Positions 54,509 through 56,787 of a stretch of 56,787 bases of DNA are shown one piece after another; position 1 is the first letter of the stretch; each line of letters begins with the position of its first letter. The notes under the pieces are model-generated. The model did not search any database, had not been told where the DNA came from, and worked only from the letters and a program-made list of their open reading frames with translations. A program made the translations under genes and the position numbers. Origin of the DNA: Roseburia sp. AF12-17LB (GTDB lineage Bacteria > Bacillota > Clostridia > Oscillospirales > Acutalibacteraceae); assembly GCA_963589585.1 (NCBI GenBank), contig CAVALG010000037.1, positions 1-56,787 of the forward strand, in the 5' to 3' direction.

Positions 54509-55834
54509 ATGAGAAAAGAAAAACCTATCCGCCCTGTGGCAAAATTGCACGGCGGAGCGCATCTCAATCATATGAAAAACACCGCAGAATCGGAAACGGT
54601 TATTATGCCGCCGCCCGAAACTGTAGTAATACCGATGCAGCAGCATATCGGCGCGCCCTGTACGCCTACGGTTAAAAAGGGCGACACGGTATATGTAGGT
54701 ACTCTGATAGGCGACAGTGACCGCCCCGTAAGCGCACCCATACATTCAAGTGTTTCGGGTACGGTTGCGGAAATCAAAACGGTTACTATGACAAACGGAG
54801 CAGCCGCAACCGCCGTTGTGATAAACTCCGACGGCAAGATGACTCCCGACCCCGAAATTAAACCGTTCCCTGTAGAAACCGAAAAAGATTTGGTTGCCGC
54901 GGCAAGAAAATGCGGACTTGTAGGCCTCGGCGGAGCCGGTTTTCCGGCACATATAAAACTTACCCGTAAAGAGGGTACGGTGCTTGACACGCTGATAATT
55001 AATGCGGCGGAATGCGAGCCGTACATAACCTCCGACTACAGGGAATGTATGGAGAATACCGAAGATGTTATGCAGGGAATCTACCTTGTTAAAAAGGTAC
55101 TCGGCTTCCAAAAAGTTTACATTGCGGTTGAAAAGAACAAACCGCTTGCAATAGAAAAATTTTTGCAGATGGCAGGCGAAAAGTACGACGCCGACGATTC
55201 GGTAAAGGTTGTGCGCCTTTCTTCAAAATACCCACAGGGCGCGGAAAAAGTGCTTATTTACAATGTTACGGGCAGGCGGCTGCCCATAGGCAAACTCCCT
55301 GCGGATGTAGGTTGCGTTGTTATGAATGTTACAAGTATAGCAACGCTTATGCGTTTTATAAGAACGGGTATGCCGCTTGTTTCAAAACGCCTGACAATTG
55401 ACGGAAGTGCGGTTAAAGAGCCTAAAAATGTAATTGTCCCCATAGGCGCTTCGGTAGCCGATGTTATAGACTTTGCAGGCGGCTTTTCCGAAGACCCCGA
55501 AAAATTACTCTACGGCGGACCTATGATGGGTATTTGCATATCCGATATAAATATGCCTGTGCTTAAACAAAACAACGCAATTATCGCAATGGGCAAGGCG
55601 GAGGCGGCAATAAACGAGCCGCTGCCTTGCATACACTGCGGAAGATGTGCTGCGGCATGTCCTATGAACTTAACTCCTGCGCGTGTTGATACAGCAATGA
55701 AATCGGCTGATGTAAACATTTTACGCGCGCTTAATCCGCAATATTGTATTGAGTGCGGCAGCTGCGCATACTCATGTCCGTCAAAGCGTCCGCTTACCCA
55801 GCAAATGAAACTGGCAAAGGCAAAAATAAGATAA
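54509..55834 (+). CDS. rnfC: Rnf electron transport complex subunit C
   Basis: ~441 aa with GLVGLGGAGFP and two 4Fe-4S motifs (CIHCGRCAAACP, CIECGSCAYSCP). ATG 54509 has SD AGGAAGGTGA. Confidence 0.92.
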   Translation: MRKEKPIRPVAKLHGGAHLNHMKNTAESETVIMPPPETVVIPMQQHIGAPCTPTVKKGDTVYVGTLIGDSDRPVSAPIHSSVSGTVAEIKTVTMTNGAAATAVVINSDGKMTPDPEIKPFPVETEKDLVAAARKCGLVGLGGAGFPAHIKLTRKEGTVLDTLIINAAECEPYITSDYRECMENTEDVMQGIYLVKKVLGFQKVYIAVEKNKPLAIEKFLQMAGEKYDADDSVKVVRLSSKYPQGAEKVLIYNVTGRRLPIGKLPADVGCVVMNVTSIATLMRFIRTGMPLVSKRLTIDGSAVKEPKNVIVPIGASVADVIDFAGGFSEDPEKLLYGGPMMGICISDINMPVLKQNNAIIAMGKAEAAINEPLPCIHCGRCAAACPMNLTPARVDTAMKSADVNILRALNPQYCIECGSCAYSCPSKRPLTQQMKLAKAKIR

Positions 55835-55847
55835 GGGGGAATATTAA

Positions 55848-56787
55848 ATGTACAGTTTAAAGGTCACACCGTCACCCCATGTGCGCGGCAGGGATACAAC
55901 CGCAGGAATTATGATTGATGTTATAATCGCCCTTATTCCGGCAGTAATAGCCGGCGTAATATTGTTTGGCTGGCGTGCGCTGTGCGTTATAGCGGTAAGC
56001 GTTGCCGCTGCCGTGTTAGCAGAGTTTATCTTTAATAAGGTAATGAAAAAATCCAACACACTTACCGATTTTTCGGCTGTTGTTACGGGACTTTTGTTGG
56101 CGCTTAATATGCCGCCCCAAATTCCGCTTTGGATACCTGCTCTAGGCAGTGTTATTGCAATAGTTATAGTTAAAGGAATTTTCGGCGGATTGGGGCAGAA
56201 TTTTGCAAACCCTGCAATTACCGCAAGAATAGTTCTTATGGTATCTTTTCCGACCCTTATGACCGCTTGGACCGAAGCGTTTGCCTGGAAAAATGTTACC
56301 GATACGGTTACATCGGCAACTCCGCTTGCCGCACCCGACAGTTACAGTCTTACTTCGCTGTTTTTGGGCGCTCGCCCCGGCTGCATCGGCGAAACCTGCT
56401 CGGTTCTTTTAATAGTCGGCGGACTTTACCTTGTAGCCCGCCGCGTTATATCGCCTATGATACCCGTTTCCTTTGTAGGAACGGTTGGGCTGCTTACATT
56501 CCTTTTCAGCCTTAATATGGGCGTCCCGACCGCCGCATACACCGCCTGCAAGGCAGTAATGTCGGGCGGACTTCTGCTTGGCGCAATATTTATGGCTACC
56601 GATTATGTCACCTCGCCCACATACAAATGGGGGAAACTCATATTCGGTATCGGCTGCGGAATAATCACCTTTGTTATAAGAAAATTCGGCTCATTGCCCG
56701 AGGGTGTTTCGTTCTCTATTCTGCTTATGAATGTGCTGACGCCGCACATAAACAACCTCACAGCGCCGAAGCCGTTTGCTTGGGAGG
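55848..56787 (+). CDS. rnfD: Rnf complex subunit D (3' end outside or at the window edge)
   Basis: My translation is MYSLKVTPSPHVRGRDTTAGIMIDVIIALIPAVIAG.... The ORF stays open to the window end. SD GGGGGA upstream. It is absent from the track because no stop is reached. Confidence 0.88.
   Translation, partial: MYSLKVTPSPHVRGRDTTAGIMIDVIIALIPAVIAGVILFGWRALCVIAVSVAAAVLAEFIFNKVMKKSNTLTDFSAVVTGLLLALNMPPQIPLWIPALGSVIAIVIVKGIFGGLGQNFANPAITARIVLMVSFPTLMTAWTEAFAWKNVTDTVTSATPLAAPDSYSLTSLFLGARPGCIGETCSVLLIVGGLYLVARRVISPMIPVSFVGTVGLLTFLFSLNMGVPTAAYTACKAVMSGGLLLGAIFMATDYVTSPTYKWGKLIFGIGCGIITFVIRKFGSLPEGVSFSILLMNVLTPHINNLTAPKPFAWE

Overview
This looks like a chromosomal segment of a Clostridia-class Firmicute. 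That is my inference from gene content and synteny: Rnf, Rex, a type III glutamine synthetase, the nusB-xseA-xseB-ispA-dxs-tlyA-nadK-argR-recN block, and tRNAs with encoded CCA. Most of the window is housekeeping.

Gene content from left to right:
- A nitrogen-assimilation locus: T-box-led asnB, an Amt transporter fused to a PII domain, and glnN.
- yerC-like regulator, a methyltransferase and hslO.
- A five-tRNA cluster (Val, Asp, Phe, Gly, Cys).
- An AT-rich flank about 3.5 kb long with a short-box repeat array, decayed gene remnants, a few small or hypothetical genes, and an orphan 5S rRNA gene with its own promoter and terminator.
- galM.
- An OmpR/histidine-kinase pair followed by a VTC-domain / DUF4956 / CotH trio.
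- tRNA-Arg(CCG), two hypothetical genes, an orphan peptide-type substrate-binding protein, an AlaX-like editing protein, rsuA-like, an msmK-like ATPase, feoAB and acpP.
- An acn-icd-rex-aroQ operon with a Rex box on its promoter.
- ruvX, fucIU, tyrS, the recN-to-nusB block, rmuC, an RsmB/F-like methyltransferase and azlCD.
- A CadC-type regulator, HMA protein and P-type ATPase operon, then rnfC and rnfD (rnfD is partial).

Items most worth a second look:
1. The VTC/DUF4956/CotH module with its two-component system.
2. A stand-alone 43-codon gene encoding an almost pure Gln/Asn peptide.
3. A TA-flanked, TIR-bounded 270-bp element filling the nusB leader, with a 55-bp relative in the rnfC leader in the same gene-relative orientation.
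4. A convergent array of AGTGATATT boxes next to tRNA-Cys.
5. The orphan 5S gene.
6. The Amt-PII fusion and the structured leaders of the nitrogen genes.

No CRISPR array, transposase or integrase gene was seen. All family assignments come from reading the translations. No database search was run.
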